DNA of 44,878 nucleotides from an uncultured Gammaproteobacteria bacterium (GCA_964637525.1 CAZWUG010000001.1:1-44878); one strand, 5' to 3'. Counted from the stretch's first letter, positions 24,604 through 34,188 are shown. The notes: generated by a model not told the origin, from the sequence alone. Made by a program: numbers and translations.

Positions 24604-27600
24604 ATGAAACAATATTGTTTTATTAGAGATTTTTTTGTATTTTTTTTCATCCTATTTATCTTTTCACTTTCGTTAATTCATCAATCTGTCTCTGCCAGCA
24701 CTTGGGTAACTTTAGCTAGTTTTAATAATAACCAAACAGAACCAAATCAAAACATTAACACTACCCTCAGAGTTAACACTTGGATAGATAATTCAGAACC
24801 AAATGACAATGCCAATTGGCATTCAACTCAGTATGTTTTTTCTGGGCAAACCGCTGTTTGTTTGGACACACCAAATCATGATTCTGCCGGATTTTACAGT
24901 GAAACTTTTAATATTTTATCTCCGTTTACTGTTGGCGTTTATGATGTTACTTTTAAAGCTTTTTCTGATGAAAATTGCACCGGCACATCAATTAATAAAT
25001 CTCTCACATTACCAAATAAGATTACTGTCATAGATACCACTCCGCCAGAAACTAATATTCTCACTCAGCCACAAATTATTACTCAAAGCCAAAATGCCGA
25101 ATTCACTTTTTCCAGCAACAAAACTGCCTCATTTGAATGCAAGTTAGACGATCAAAATTTTTCTTCTTGTACCAGCCCACAAAATTATTTAAATCTTTCT
25201 TCTGGCCGTCATACTTTTTCGGTTCGGGCTATCGATATAGCTTCCAATATTGACACTACTCCAGCTGTCTACACTTGGGCAATCGATAATATTGCTCCAA
25301 TAGTAAGTATTAATTCACAAATAACCAACAATAAAACTCCTAAAATTACTGGAAATATAGATGATAATACTGCCATAATTTCGGTCGAAATTAATGGGAT
25401 TTCTTACAATGGTGTCAACAATAATAACGGTACTTGGGCAGTCAGTCTACCTCAACCGATTTCTGATGGCATTTATAATGTTATTGCCAAAGCCACTGAT
25501 TTAATTGGTAATGCCAGCACCGACACTACAGATAGTGAATTGTTTATCGATTCAGTTGCTCCAACTGCCACCTTCAAACACTATATCAATGGAACAGAAT
25601 TTAACGAAGACATCGCTTATATTAACAATTTAAACAAACTTAGTTTTACAGGTATCTATGCAGATTCACCACCATCCTCTCAACTTTTACAAGATTCCTA
25701 TGTAATTTTCCAAGCCCAAAATAATGGTAGTTTCAATTTTTCCCAAAATGGTAAAAAATCCTATTGTACTTGGAGAACAGAACCAAATTTAGTTTATCTT
25801 TCCAACACGAATTATTCACTTACCACTCCCGAATCTTTCACTAAATGTATTTCTAATTTACCCGAAGGTGAATACTATATGAGTCATCAAGTGTATGACC
25901 ATGCTCTTAGAAAAGATATCCCCGGTATTACCCAGTTTAGAGATGTTTTAGGCCTTCATTTTATTATTGATCAAACTCCACCAATAATTACAATCAATTC
26001 TTACAACGTTAGCCAGACTAACCAAAATATTACTGTTACTGCTGCCACCAATGAAGGCAGTCTCAATACTTCTTCTTACACTTTTACCCAAAATGGATCT
26101 TTTGATTTTATTGCCACTGACTCTGCTGGCAACACCACCACCAAAACTATTACCATTTCTAATATTGATAAAAAATCTCCAACACAACCTCAAATACTAG
26201 GTTTTAAAAATCCCGATTTAATATGTGGGTCTTTCACTAATCAAAAATATGTTACCGTTGATTGGAGTGATTCCAATGATAATGTTGCCATTACTGGATA
26301 TGATTATTTAATTGATTATCCAAAAACTGATAGTCTTACCCATGGTCTGTGGCAATCTTATCTCACTCAATCTCAATATCGGGGATCTTTAAATGAAGGT
26401 CTGCATAACATAAAAGTTCGTGCTAAAGATTTCGCCGGCAATGTTTCTGATTGGTCAGATATTTGTTCAATCACTTATGATTCAATTCAACCAAATTTAA
26501 CTTTTAAAACTTCTTTTTCTGGCTGGTATAACACCAATCAAATTTCTACTTTCCAATATTCTGATTTAAATTTATCAGATAATTATACTAATCCAACTTG
26601 CACCATCTTTACTGAAGGCATTGGCCAAACTTGTGTTATCACTCCTAATATTTGCGATAAGGCTGGTAATTGTAATCCAAATTTAATTGTTTCCAATTCT
26701 GTCAATATCGACAAAACTTCTCCTACTAGTACTATAAGTGGGGGAGTTAATGGTCAGACAATTTACACTAATTCTTGGAATGGATTTTTATCTGGCACTG
26801 CCTCTGATAATTTAAGCGGAGTTGATGAAGTAAAAATTTCTATCAAAAATAATAATGATAAATATTTTGACGGTTCAAACTTTACCCAAGATTCAGAATT
26901 TTTATTAAATACTAATTTTAATCAGTCGACTAATCTTTGGACATATTCTAACCTGAACAATCCTCCGGAAGATTATTACATCATCAAATCACATGCCATT
27001 GATAATGCCGGTAATATTGAAAATACTTACACCCTAACTTTTATTTTAGATAAAACTATTTCTGAAGTTAGCTTTTCCATAAATCCAAATACCCCTGATA
27101 ATTCTGACAATTGGTACCAAACTCAACCGGAAATAACCCTAACTAATCCTGATTCGCACCTAGAAAAAATTCAATACAAATGGGGTTCAGGTAATTGGAC
27201 AGATTATATTGGCCCGTTCAAACCAGGGAATGAAGGAGAGCAGACACTTTATTATCAAGCCAAAGATTTAGCTGGTAATATTTCTAATATCGTTAGTAAA
27301 ACCATCAAATGGGACAATCCTGAAACAGGATCTAAGCAATTAACTAATTCTCCAACAACCAGTCCAACATTTTCAGAAAATAGTAACACCTTACTTTCTT
27401 CCTCGTCAATTTCACCTACAAAAGCTAATTCACCGGAAGCTTTAGTAACCAACACAAATTCTTCTTTTGATGACCAAAATCAAAAGGATGAACCAAATAA
27501 TTCCGGACAAATCCTTGGTGAAACAGTTTCTAATTCTGGCTGCTGGCTACCAATCCTTTTTATTGTTGCTTTGGTTTTTAATTTTTTTTACCTAAAATAT

Positions 27601-27780
27601 TCCCATAAATTTTTAAATCTTATTCCTTTTATCATTTCCTCATTGTCTTTTATAATTGATTGGTTATTAATTAAAAAATATGGCTGTGGAATTTCTTGGC
27701 TTAAGTATTATTTTTGGATTGGAAGTATCCTATCTTGGCTAATTCCTGTTGGTGTTAAAAATAAAATTTATCAAAAATAA
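24604..27780 (+). CDS. Large secreted multi-domain (Ig-like/beta-sandwich repeats) surface protein with a C-terminal polytopic membrane anchor
   Basis: 1058 aa with an N-terminal signal peptide (..LIHQSVSAS). Domain-boundary motifs recur at least seven times (IDTTPP, IDNIAP, IDSVAP, IDQTPP, IDKKSP, YDSIQP, IDKTSP). There is a Ser/Thr/Pro linker, then 3-4 hydrophobic helices in the last ~110 aa. Confidence 0.75.
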   Translation: MKQYCFIRDFFVFFFILFIFSLSLIHQSVSASTWVTLASFNNNQTEPNQNINTTLRVNTWIDNSEPNDNANWHSTQYVFSGQTAVCLDTPNHDSAGFYSETFNILSPFTVGVYDVTFKAFSDENCTGTSINKSLTLPNKITVIDTTPPETNILTQPQIITQSQNAEFTFSSNKTASFECKLDDQNFSSCTSPQNYLNLSSGRHTFSVRAIDIASNIDTTPAVYTWAIDNIAPIVSINSQITNNKTPKITGNIDDNTAIISVEINGISYNGVNNNNGTWAVSLPQPISDGIYNVIAKATDLIGNASTDTTDSELFIDSVAPTATFKHYINGTEFNEDIAYINNLNKLSFTGIYADSPPSSQLLQDSYVIFQAQNNGSFNFSQNGKKSYCTWRTEPNLVYLSNTNYSLTTPESFTKCISNLPEGEYYMSHQVYDHALRKDIPGITQFRDVLGLHFIIDQTPPIITINSYNVSQTNQNITVTAATNEGSLNTSSYTFTQNGSFDFIATDSAGNTTTKTITISNIDKKSPTQPQILGFKNPDLICGSFTNQKYVTVDWSDSNDNVAITGYDYLIDYPKTDSLTHGLWQSYLTQSQYRGSLNEGLHNIKVRAKDFAGNVSDWSDICSITYDSIQPNLTFKTSFSGWYNTNQISTFQYSDLNLSDNYTNPTCTIFTEGIGQTCVITPNICDKAGNCNPNLIVSNSVNIDKTSPTSTISGGVNGQTIYTNSWNGFLSGTASDNLSGVDEVKISIKNNNDKYFDGSNFTQDSEFLLNTNFNQSTNLWTYSNLNNPPEDYYIIKSHAIDNAGNIENTYTLTFILDKTISEVSFSINPNTPDNSDNWYQTQPEITLTNPDSHLEKIQYKWGSGNWTDYIGPFKPGNEGEQTLYYQAKDLAGNISNIVSKTIKWDNPETGSKQLTNSPTTSPTFSENSNTLLSSSSISPTKANSPEALVTNTNSSFDDQNQKDEPNNSGQILGETVSNSGCWLPILFIVALVFNFFYLKYSHKFLNLIPFIISSLSFIIDWLLIKKYGCGISWLKYYFWIGSILSWLIPVGVKNKIYQK

Positions 27781-27781
27781 A

Positions 27782-28525
27782 ATGAAAATAGAAAATTCAG
27801 TTCACCAAAAAATCTTAAAAGAAATTTCTCAAACAAGATCTATTTCTACTTCGGAAAATATAAATTTTAGCCAAAGATATGTTGGTACCAACAAACTTTA
27901 TCATGGGTTTACCAGTAAACAAATTTACGCCATCGCCAAAAAAATCTTTAAAGAAAATAACTTAAATTCTGATAAAATTATTCAACTGCTTAACTCTCTT
28001 TATCAATACGGTACTAGTTATACCGAGATTGTAATTGGTCCGACCATTCTATCTCTTTCATCTGAAACTTTAAAAAGTTTTAATCCCCAAAATTTAGACT
28101 TATGGTTAAATTATACCTGCGGTTGGGCAGAAAATGATGTTCTTTGTCAGTCAATTTTTACTGCCGAAAATGTTTTAAATAAGTGGAACAAATGGGAAAA
28201 AATACTTAAGAAATTTAATCAAGATTCTAATATTAACAAGCGTCGGGCTAGTTTAGTTTTGCTTACTAAGTCCGTCCGTCAATCTGATGATCCAAGATTG
28301 TCGACACTCGCTTTTAAAAATATCGAACATCTAAAAGGAGAGAAAGATATCCTAATTACCAAAGCGGTTTCTTGGCTGTTACGTTCTTTAATTACTTTTC
28401 ATAAAGACAAAATTATAAAATATTTAGAACAAAATAAAGAATCGTTACCCAAAATTGCTTATCGTGAAGCCTTATCCAAAGCTCTCACTGGCCGAAAATA
28501 CAACAAAAAAATAATTCTACTGTAA
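27782..28525 (+). CDS. DNA alkylation repair protein (AlkC/AlkD-like HEAT-repeat DNA glycosylase family)
   Basis: 247 aa counted from ATG 27782, 1 nt after the upstream stop. The track's 27749 start overlaps the previous gene by 32 nt. GWAENDVLCQ, KRRASLVLL and ITKAVSWLLRSL are typical of the DNA_alkylation family. Confidence 0.7.
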   Translation: MKIENSVHQKILKEISQTRSISTSENINFSQRYVGTNKLYHGFTSKQIYAIAKKIFKENNLNSDKIIQLLNSLYQYGTSYTEIVIGPTILSLSSETLKSFNPQNLDLWLNYTCGWAENDVLCQSIFTAENVLNKWNKWEKILKKFNQDSNINKRRASLVLLTKSVRQSDDPRLSTLAFKNIEHLKGEKDILITKAVSWLLRSLITFHKDKIIKYLEQNKESLPKIAYREALSKALTGRKYNKKIILL

Positions 28526-28532
28526 AAACAGG

Positions 28533-28538
28533 TATAAT
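28533..28538 (+). promoter_or_regulatory. Putative -10 box (TATAAT), 8 nt upstream of ATG 28547
   Basis: acaggTATAATccccgcatATG. Confidence 0.45.
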
Positions 28539-28546
28539 CCCCGCAT

Positions 28547-29422
28547 ATGTCAGAAAGAGCTGATTTTACTAGAGAACTCTGGAACAATTATGGCCGGATT
28601 CATGAAAAATCTCCCAACCCAGATAGCCAGGAAAAAGCTATTTTCTATTCCCAAAATTCTGATTTTATCAGACGTAACTTGGCTAATTCTAACCCGGAAA
28701 TAGCTGTTATTATTCCGGCTTATAACGAAGAAAGTTATCTCGCCCGAACCTTAGCCAGCATTAACAATGCTTTCCGGCCTAGACCTAATGCTTGTCTTTT
28801 AGTTGTTGATAATGGGTCAACAGATGCTACTAAGGAAATCGTCCAAGAATTTGGTGGAATTCTTGTCAGAGAACCCCAAAAAGGTATCGGTCAAGCCAGA
28901 CAAACAGGGTTAGAATCGGTTCCGTCATCGGTTAAATATGTTCTTACTACCGATGCCGATACAGTTGTCCCACCGGATTGGATTTCTCGTCATCAAGAAG
29001 CATTATCTCAGTCGTATATTGTTTTTACTTATGGAGGATTCAGATTTGTATTGGAAAATTCAGTTAATTTTTTAGATAAAGCTGAGTTTCTATTATTAAA
29101 TTTAGCCCAAAAAATTAAATGTAACCCAAGGTATATGGTAGGTGGTTCAAATAGTGGTTTTATAAAAGATTCTGCCATTGCTTGTGGTGGTTACGACAGA
29201 AAGTTAAATCTTGCCGAAGATTTTAATCTTTATAAAAGACTTTTATTAGCCGGATATGCGGTTCATATTAATAGTGAAGTTTTAACCTCAGCTAGAAGAT
29301 TTATTGGAGAAGGGCCTTTGTCCATTTTATCTTCAAAAATTAAACAACAGATTCTTCAGTCAATTGGAATTCAGCCAGAAAGAAATTTTATCAATCAATA
29401 CCAAGATTATAGATCTAAATAA
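28547..29422 (+). CDS. Glycosyltransferase family 2
   Basis: 291 aa with VIIPAYNEE, VVDNGSTDAT and TDADT (DxD) motifs of the GT-A fold. Confidence 0.85.
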   Translation: MSERADFTRELWNNYGRIHEKSPNPDSQEKAIFYSQNSDFIRRNLANSNPEIAVIIPAYNEESYLARTLASINNAFRPRPNACLLVVDNGSTDATKEIVQEFGGILVREPQKGIGQARQTGLESVPSSVKYVLTTDADTVVPPDWISRHQEALSQSYIVFTYGGFRFVLENSVNFLDKAEFLLLNLAQKIKCNPRYMVGGSNSGFIKDSAIACGGYDRKLNLAEDFNLYKRLLLAGYAVHINSEVLTSARRFIGEGPLSILSSKIKQQILQSIGIQPERNFINQYQDYRSK

Positions 29423-29438
29423 ATAAACTAAAATCGTG

Positions 29439-29444
29439 TACAAT
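29439..29444 (+). promoter_or_regulatory. Putative -10 box (TACAAT), 6 nt upstream of ATG 29451
   Basis: cgtgTACAATaaccctATG. This supports ATG 29451 rather than GTG 29436 as the start. Confidence 0.35.
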
Positions 29445-29450
29445 AACCCT

Positions 29451-31148
29451 ATGGCCAGCAAAGTCTACACCATCAAAATAGCCGGGCCGGCTGGATTAGG
29501 TATTAAATCTGTCGGACAGTTATTTTCTAAAATTCTTATTGCTCATGGGTTCAGCTTGACCGATTACAGTGAATATCCATCTTTAGTTCGCGGTGGTCAT
29601 AATACTTATCAAATTAGTTTCTCACTCGATAAAGTTTACGCTCCACATCACCGGGTCAATATGTTCTTTTCTATTAACCCTGGCCACTGGCAACAACATC
29701 TTAAAGAATTTAATTCCAAAACTTTAATTTTTGCCGACGAAGAGAATAATCAAAAGCGCCTTAAAAAAGGTATTTTTTCTAGTCTTCCTCTTAAAACGTT
29801 AGCCGGGGAAATTGGTAGTCCAATGATAGTCAATACTATAAGTTTAGGTGTGGCTGTTTATCTTCTCGGTTTTGATATTGAACTCAGTAAAACCATTACT
29901 TGTGGTTTCTATAAACAGTTTTCTGACTTAAATGCTCGGGCTATCCAATCAGGTTACGACTATGCTCAAACCAATTTTTCTAAATTAAAGCTCAACACTA
30001 AATCAAAAATCAATTCTAAAAATAATCTTGGATTTTATGATGGTAACGAAAGTTATAGTTGGGGATTTTTGGCTGGTGGCGGCAATTTTTATGCCGCCTA
30101 TCCTATGACTCCGGCCACTGGCGCCATGCATTTTTTGGCTGCCAAACAAGAAGCCAATCCAAAACTCAAAGTTTTTCATGCCGAAGATGAAATTGCCGCT
30201 GCCAATATTGCTGCTGGCGCCGTTTTTGCTGGCGCCCGGGCTGCTACTGGTACTTCTGGTGGCGGTTTTGCCCTGATGAATGAAGCTGTAAGTTTTTGTG
30301 GTGTCGCTGAAATTGGTTTAGTCTTTTATTTAGTTTCTCGTCCTGGTCCAGCCACTGGTTTACCTACTTGGACCGCTCAAGGCGATTTGATGCATGCTAT
30401 TTATTCTGGCCACGGAGAATTTCCCAAAGTTGTCATAGCTCCAGGCGATCTGGAAGAATCTTTTGAAATGGGTTATCAATCTTTAAACCTTGCCGCCAAA
30501 CTCCAAACTCCGGTTTTAGTTGTCAGCGATAAATTTTTAGCCGAGTCAGCCGGTAGTGTCAAGGAATTATCCAATATTAAGGTAAAAATAGATAATGGTG
30601 ATATTGTTACCAATCCGGATAAAAATTTTGCCCGTTATAAATTTAATCCAAATGGAATTTCTCCTCGCACTATTCCTGGTACCCCAAACGGTCAATTTTT
30701 AGCCAATAGTTACGAACATGATGAATCTGGTTTTTCTATTGAAGACGCCACTATTGCTGCAAAAATGTTTGCCAAACGTCAATCCAAAAATAAATTAGCT
30801 ATCAAATTAGCTCCAAAAGCCAATATATTTAGTCATAATTCTGCTAAAAAATTAATTATTTCTTGGGGTTCTACTAAAGGTCCAATTCTGGAAGCTCTAA
30901 AGGATTTAAAAAATAAAACTGACTTTGCTTTTTTGCAAATCAAAACTCTTTGGCCCATCAATCCTGAATTAAAATTGATTATCAACAATTTCAAAGAAGT
31001 TATTGTGATTGAAAATAATGGTACTAGCCAATTAACTACTCTGTTAAAATCTCAGTTCGATTTTAATCCTACCAAAATTTACACCAAAAATGATGGCCGT
31101 CCCTTCTTTCCAGAAGAAATTACAAAATTTTTAGACATTAAAAATTAG
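29451..31148 (+). CDS. 2-oxoacid:ferredoxin oxidoreductase alpha subunit (fused gamma+alpha, KorA-type)
   Basis: 565 aa from ATG 29451 (the track gives GTG 29436). N-terminal gamma-like domain (IKIAGPAGLGIKSVGQ), then the alpha core (FYAAYPMTPATGAMHFLA, GTSGGGFALMNEA, RPGPATGLPTWTAQGD). Confidence 0.88.
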   Translation: MASKVYTIKIAGPAGLGIKSVGQLFSKILIAHGFSLTDYSEYPSLVRGGHNTYQISFSLDKVYAPHHRVNMFFSINPGHWQQHLKEFNSKTLIFADEENNQKRLKKGIFSSLPLKTLAGEIGSPMIVNTISLGVAVYLLGFDIELSKTITCGFYKQFSDLNARAIQSGYDYAQTNFSKLKLNTKSKINSKNNLGFYDGNESYSWGFLAGGGNFYAAYPMTPATGAMHFLAAKQEANPKLKVFHAEDEIAAANIAAGAVFAGARAATGTSGGGFALMNEAVSFCGVAEIGLVFYLVSRPGPATGLPTWTAQGDLMHAIYSGHGEFPKVVIAPGDLEESFEMGYQSLNLAAKLQTPVLVVSDKFLAESAGSVKELSNIKVKIDNGDIVTNPDKNFARYKFNPNGISPRTIPGTPNGQFLANSYEHDESGFSIEDATIAAKMFAKRQSKNKLAIKLAPKANIFSHNSAKKLIISWGSTKGPILEALKDLKNKTDFAFLQIKTLWPINPELKLIINNFKEVIVIENNGTSQLTTLLKSQFDFNPTKIYTKNDGRPFFPEEITKFLDIKN

Positions 31149-31161
31149 ACATTAGAAATTT

Positions 31162-31779
31162 ATGTTTAACTATCGTTCAAATATCACTCCAACTTGGTGT
31201 CCTGGTTGTCACAACTATCTGGTTTATGCTGCTCTTCAAAAAAATTTCATTGATCTTAAACTTAACCTTAATACTTTAGTTATAAACTATGACATTGGTT
31301 GTGCTGGCAACATGGCTGATTTTTTTAAGACTTATGGAGCTCACACTCTTCATGGTCGATCAATTTCTACTGCCATGGGAGAAAAATTAGTTAATCCTAA
31401 TCTTACTGTTTGTGTTGTTGGTGGTGATGGTGGAATTTATGGTGAAGGCTTAAATCATTTAATTTCTGCTGCTAGAGCCAACATTGCTATCAAGGTTTTT
31501 GTTTCCAACAATTTTTTGTATAGTTTAACTACCGGTCAAACCAGCCCAACTACTCCAAAAGGTGCTCATACCAAATCTACTCCAACTGGTAATATTAATG
31601 AACCAATTGATCCAATTAAATTAATTAAAACGGTTAATCCAAATGTTTTTATTGAGTCCGTTTATGCTAAAGATATCCCCAAACTCAATGACACTGTCAA
31701 AAGAGCCCTAGAATCTCCTGGTTTCGCTTTGGTTGATATCATCCAAGAATGCATTGCTTTTGGCAAACAACTAAAATGA
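31162..31779 (+). CDS. 2-oxoacid:ferredoxin oxidoreductase beta subunit (TPP-binding, KorB-type), short form
   Basis: 205 aa with TWCPGCHNY, DIGCAGN and the TPP motif GGDGGIYGEGLNHLISAARANIAIKVFVSNN. It ends shortly after the VDIIQEC block. Confidence 0.85.
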   Translation: MFNYRSNITPTWCPGCHNYLVYAALQKNFIDLKLNLNTLVINYDIGCAGNMADFFKTYGAHTLHGRSISTAMGEKLVNPNLTVCVVGGDGGIYGEGLNHLISAARANIAIKVFVSNNFLYSLTTGQTSPTTPKGAHTKSTPTGNINEPIDPIKLIKTVNPNVFIESVYAKDIPKLNDTVKRALESPGFALVDIIQECIAFGKQLK

Positions 31780-32198
31780 TCCCCAAAATTTTCAATCATG
31801 ATTTGCCAGAAACTTGGGAAGAACTTGTCTCGATAAAAAAAGAAATAAGGCGGTTTGATTCAAAAATTGTTCGGTTTACAGACGATATAAATTTTTATCA
31901 CACTTATAACAAATTAGTTCCCAAACAAACCCGTATGGAAATTATCTTCAATTTAATTGGAGATAATGATTACAAAATTATAAGAAACAATTTCCCCTAT
32001 CTTAGATTAATTAAAAATATCCCATTTATTAGCCATTATTGTCTTTGGAGTCGAGTTGGAAAACTACCTCAAAAAACTATCGAATCAGAAATCACCAAAA
32101 AATTCCCTAATAAAGAATATTTTTGGTTTGAAAACATCAAGATGATTAAATCAGTCCCGGAAATTTGGCACTGTCATATATTTGTCAAAGAAAAATAA
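31776..32198 (+). CDS. Hypothetical protein translationally coupled to the OFOR beta subunit
   Basis: 140 aa counted from ATG 31776, which has an ATGA overlap with the upstream stop. No family assigned with confidence. The C-terminal VPEIWHCHIFV resembles a degenerate histidine-triad-like HxHxF. Confidence 0.5.
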   Translation: MIPKIFNHDLPETWEELVSIKKEIRRFDSKIVRFTDDINFYHTYNKLVPKQTRMEIIFNLIGDNDYKIIRNNFPYLRLIKNIPFISHYCLWSRVGKLPQKTIESEITKKFPNKEYFWFENIKMIKSVPEIWHCHIFVKEK

Positions 32199-32201
32199 TT
32201 T

Positions 32202-32786
32202 ATGACAGAGGTTATTTCTAGATCAGAGGCCTCGTTTACTTTTAAGTTTGATGAATATATTAACCCCATTCTTCCCTACATTACTGATAGGCATTTAGAT
32301 ATTGGTTGTGGTACCGGTGAACTAAGTTCTTATTTAATCCTCAAAAAACCCGGAATCCGCGTTACCGGATTTGATATTGATCATCAAAAAATTAACCAGG
32401 CCCGATTTCTTACTCGTCAAAATTTAAATTTTACCGATTCCGTTAAAGGATTAAACCATAGTTTTTCCAGTGCTAGTGGAATTTTTGTTTTTCACGAGGC
32501 TGGTGAAAATATTTTTTCCACTGCAGTCCAAACACTTAGCCATGAGGCCTTATTTTCCATAGTTGATTATCAGCTCAAAGGGGCAACTCAAACCGATTTT
32601 ATTAGCATTTTTTCCAGCCAAACTGAGGTCAGAGAGTTGGCTCAACTTGGAATTGATTCAGCTTATCGACTTCATACCCGATACAATTTGTCAGACTGCT
32701 TTGCTATGTCTCAGAAACATGGTTTCAAAACAGTTTCTCATCAACTAATCAGCCATAAATATTTTATTTGGACTGGTCAAAATTAA
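32202..32786 (+). CDS. Class I SAM-dependent methyltransferase
   Basis: 194 aa with motif I HLDIGCGTGEL. Confidence 0.75.
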   Translation: MTEVISRSEASFTFKFDEYINPILPYITDRHLDIGCGTGELSSYLILKKPGIRVTGFDIDHQKINQARFLTRQNLNFTDSVKGLNHSFSSASGIFVFHEAGENIFSTAVQTLSHEALFSIVDYQLKGATQTDFISIFSSQTEVRELAQLGIDSAYRLHTRYNLSDCFAMSQKHGFKTVSHQLISHKYFIWTGQN

Positions 32787-33535
32787 ATCTTTCTGGACAA
32801 AATTGCCATAAACATAGGAATCTCTTCCCTTGCCCTATTTTCCATTTTTGCTTTTCCTCCGATACTTCTTTTATCAGAGATCCATTCACTAATTCTTTCT
32901 ATCAGAAAACTATTTTTAAACAACTCTTCGCTATACTTTGAAATAGAATGGTGAAATGACCAGGTTTTTTCTGATTTTTCCCGTCTTCCCGGATTAGTCA
33001 GAATCGGAATCTCCATCTCACTCATATATCCGTCTATCCGCCTGTATTGGATCTTGCTTTTTTCGTCCATCCCCCAGGAAGTTTGACGGGGAATCCTAAA
33101 AACCGGATGATTTAGTACTATTAAAAACTCCCCACCACTTTTTAAATGATTTGCCGCATTTTTAATTACTCCGCCAAAATCTCTGATATTTTGTAAGGCT
33201 AAAATTATTACGGCCAAATCAAAATGATTTTCAGCTAACGGTAATTTTTTACTGGCATCTGCCGTCAAAAAAGTATGTCTCTGGTTTTGACTTTTTCTTT
33301 TTGCCTCTTCTATTAAGCTTCGGGAGATATCTACCCCTAGGTATTCTGAATTAGTATTTATCTGTCTTTCAAAAATACCTTGACCACAGGCCAAATCAAG
33401 AACTGAATTAACCTTATTTAACTCAATCAAACCGGAGATTTTTGGAAAAATTACCGCTTGATGGAAATAATGTCCTTCATCACCCACAATTTTTTTATAC
33501 CACTTACTCGATTTTTCCCAAGAGGTATTTACCAT
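32783..33535 (-). CDS. Class I SAM-dependent methyltransferase
   Basis: 250 aa with motif I VLDLACGQGIF and post-I GVDIS. Confidence 0.8.
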   Translation of the reverse strand: MVNTSWEKSSKWYKKIVGDEGHYFHQAVIFPKISGLIELNKVNSVLDLACGQGIFERQINTNSEYLGVDISRSLIEEAKRKSQNQRHTFLTADASKKLPLAENHFDLAVIILALQNIRDFGGVIKNAANHLKSGGEFLIVLNHPVFRIPRQTSWGMDEKSKIQYRRIDGYMSEMEIPILTNPGRREKSEKTWSFHHSISKYSEELFKNSFLIERISEWISDKRSIGGKAKMENRAREEIPMFMAILSRKI

Positions 33536-33547
33536 TTCCCCAGTCTA

Positions 33548-34135
33548 TCATTTTAACCTTTCAACTACAAAGTCCCAGTTAACCGCTTCCCACCATTTTT
33601 CCACAAATCCAGCTCGATTATTAGCATAGTCCAAATAATAAGCATGTTCCCAAACATCTAATACCAGTATCGGTTTCCATCCATTTAGTGCTAGTAAATT
33701 GTGTTTCTCTACCTGACCCGTCATTAACTCTCCGTTTTCATTCTTCCACAAAATTGCCCAACCGCTAGCCTCTGTAGTTACTGCCGCACCACCAAATTCT
33801 TTCTTAAAATTTTCCCACGAACCAAAGTTTTCCTCGATTTTTTTAAGTACTTCGCCATTTGGTTTGTTTTCGGCACTTGGTTTTCTCATCCCCGACCAAA
33901 ACAGTTCATGTAAAATTGCCCCGTTATAATTAAAGCTCCAATCTCTTAATATTTCTCGCATATTTATTTCCATTTCTCCATTCCTGGATTTTTCTATTTT
34001 TTCCAAAGCCACATTGGCTCCGTTTACATAAGCCGCCTGATGTTTGTCATGGTGTAATTCCACGGTTTTTTGAGAAATCACCCCTTCAAGTTCATTATAA
34101 GCATAGGGGAGTTGGGGTAAAACTAGTTTTTGCAT
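33548..34135 (-). CDS. sod: Fe/Mn superoxide dismutase
   Basis: 195 aa with LPYAYNELEGVIS..TVELHHDKHH-type N-terminus, FNYNGAILHELFW and the C-terminal DVWEHAYYLDY. Confidence 0.95.
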   Translation of the reverse strand: MQKLVLPQLPYAYNELEGVISQKTVELHHDKHQAAYVNGANVALEKIEKSRNGEMEINMREILRDWSFNYNGAILHELFWSGMRKPSAENKPNGEVLKKIEENFGSWENFKKEFGGAAVTTEASGWAILWKNENGELMTGQVEKHNLLALNGWKPILVLDVWEHAYYLDYANNRAGFVEKWWEAVNWDFVVERLK

Positions 34136-34176
34136 ATGTAAATAATCATAACAGATCCTACTGGTTTTGTTCGGTT

Positions 34177-34182
34177 TATAAT
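34177..34182 (+). promoter_or_regulatory. Putative -10 box (TATAAT), 6 nt upstream of ATG 34189; leaderless-type
   Basis: cggttTATAATatactcATG. Confidence 0.45.
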
Positions 34183-34188
34183 ATACTC

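Noticed and set aside
27749-27781. Track start of the AlkD-like gene at 27749 (32-nt overlap with the 1058-aa gene)
   Set aside because: An in-frame ATG at 27782 lies 1 nt after the upstream stop. The extra 11 residues (MVLKIKFIKNK) are read from the upstream gene's coding tail.
29436-29450. GTG start at 29436 for the OFOR alpha subunit
   Set aside because: ATG 29451 is preceded by TACAAT with the 6-nt spacing that recurs at other leaderless starts in this window. GTG 29436 would lie inside that promoter. The choice remains uncertain.
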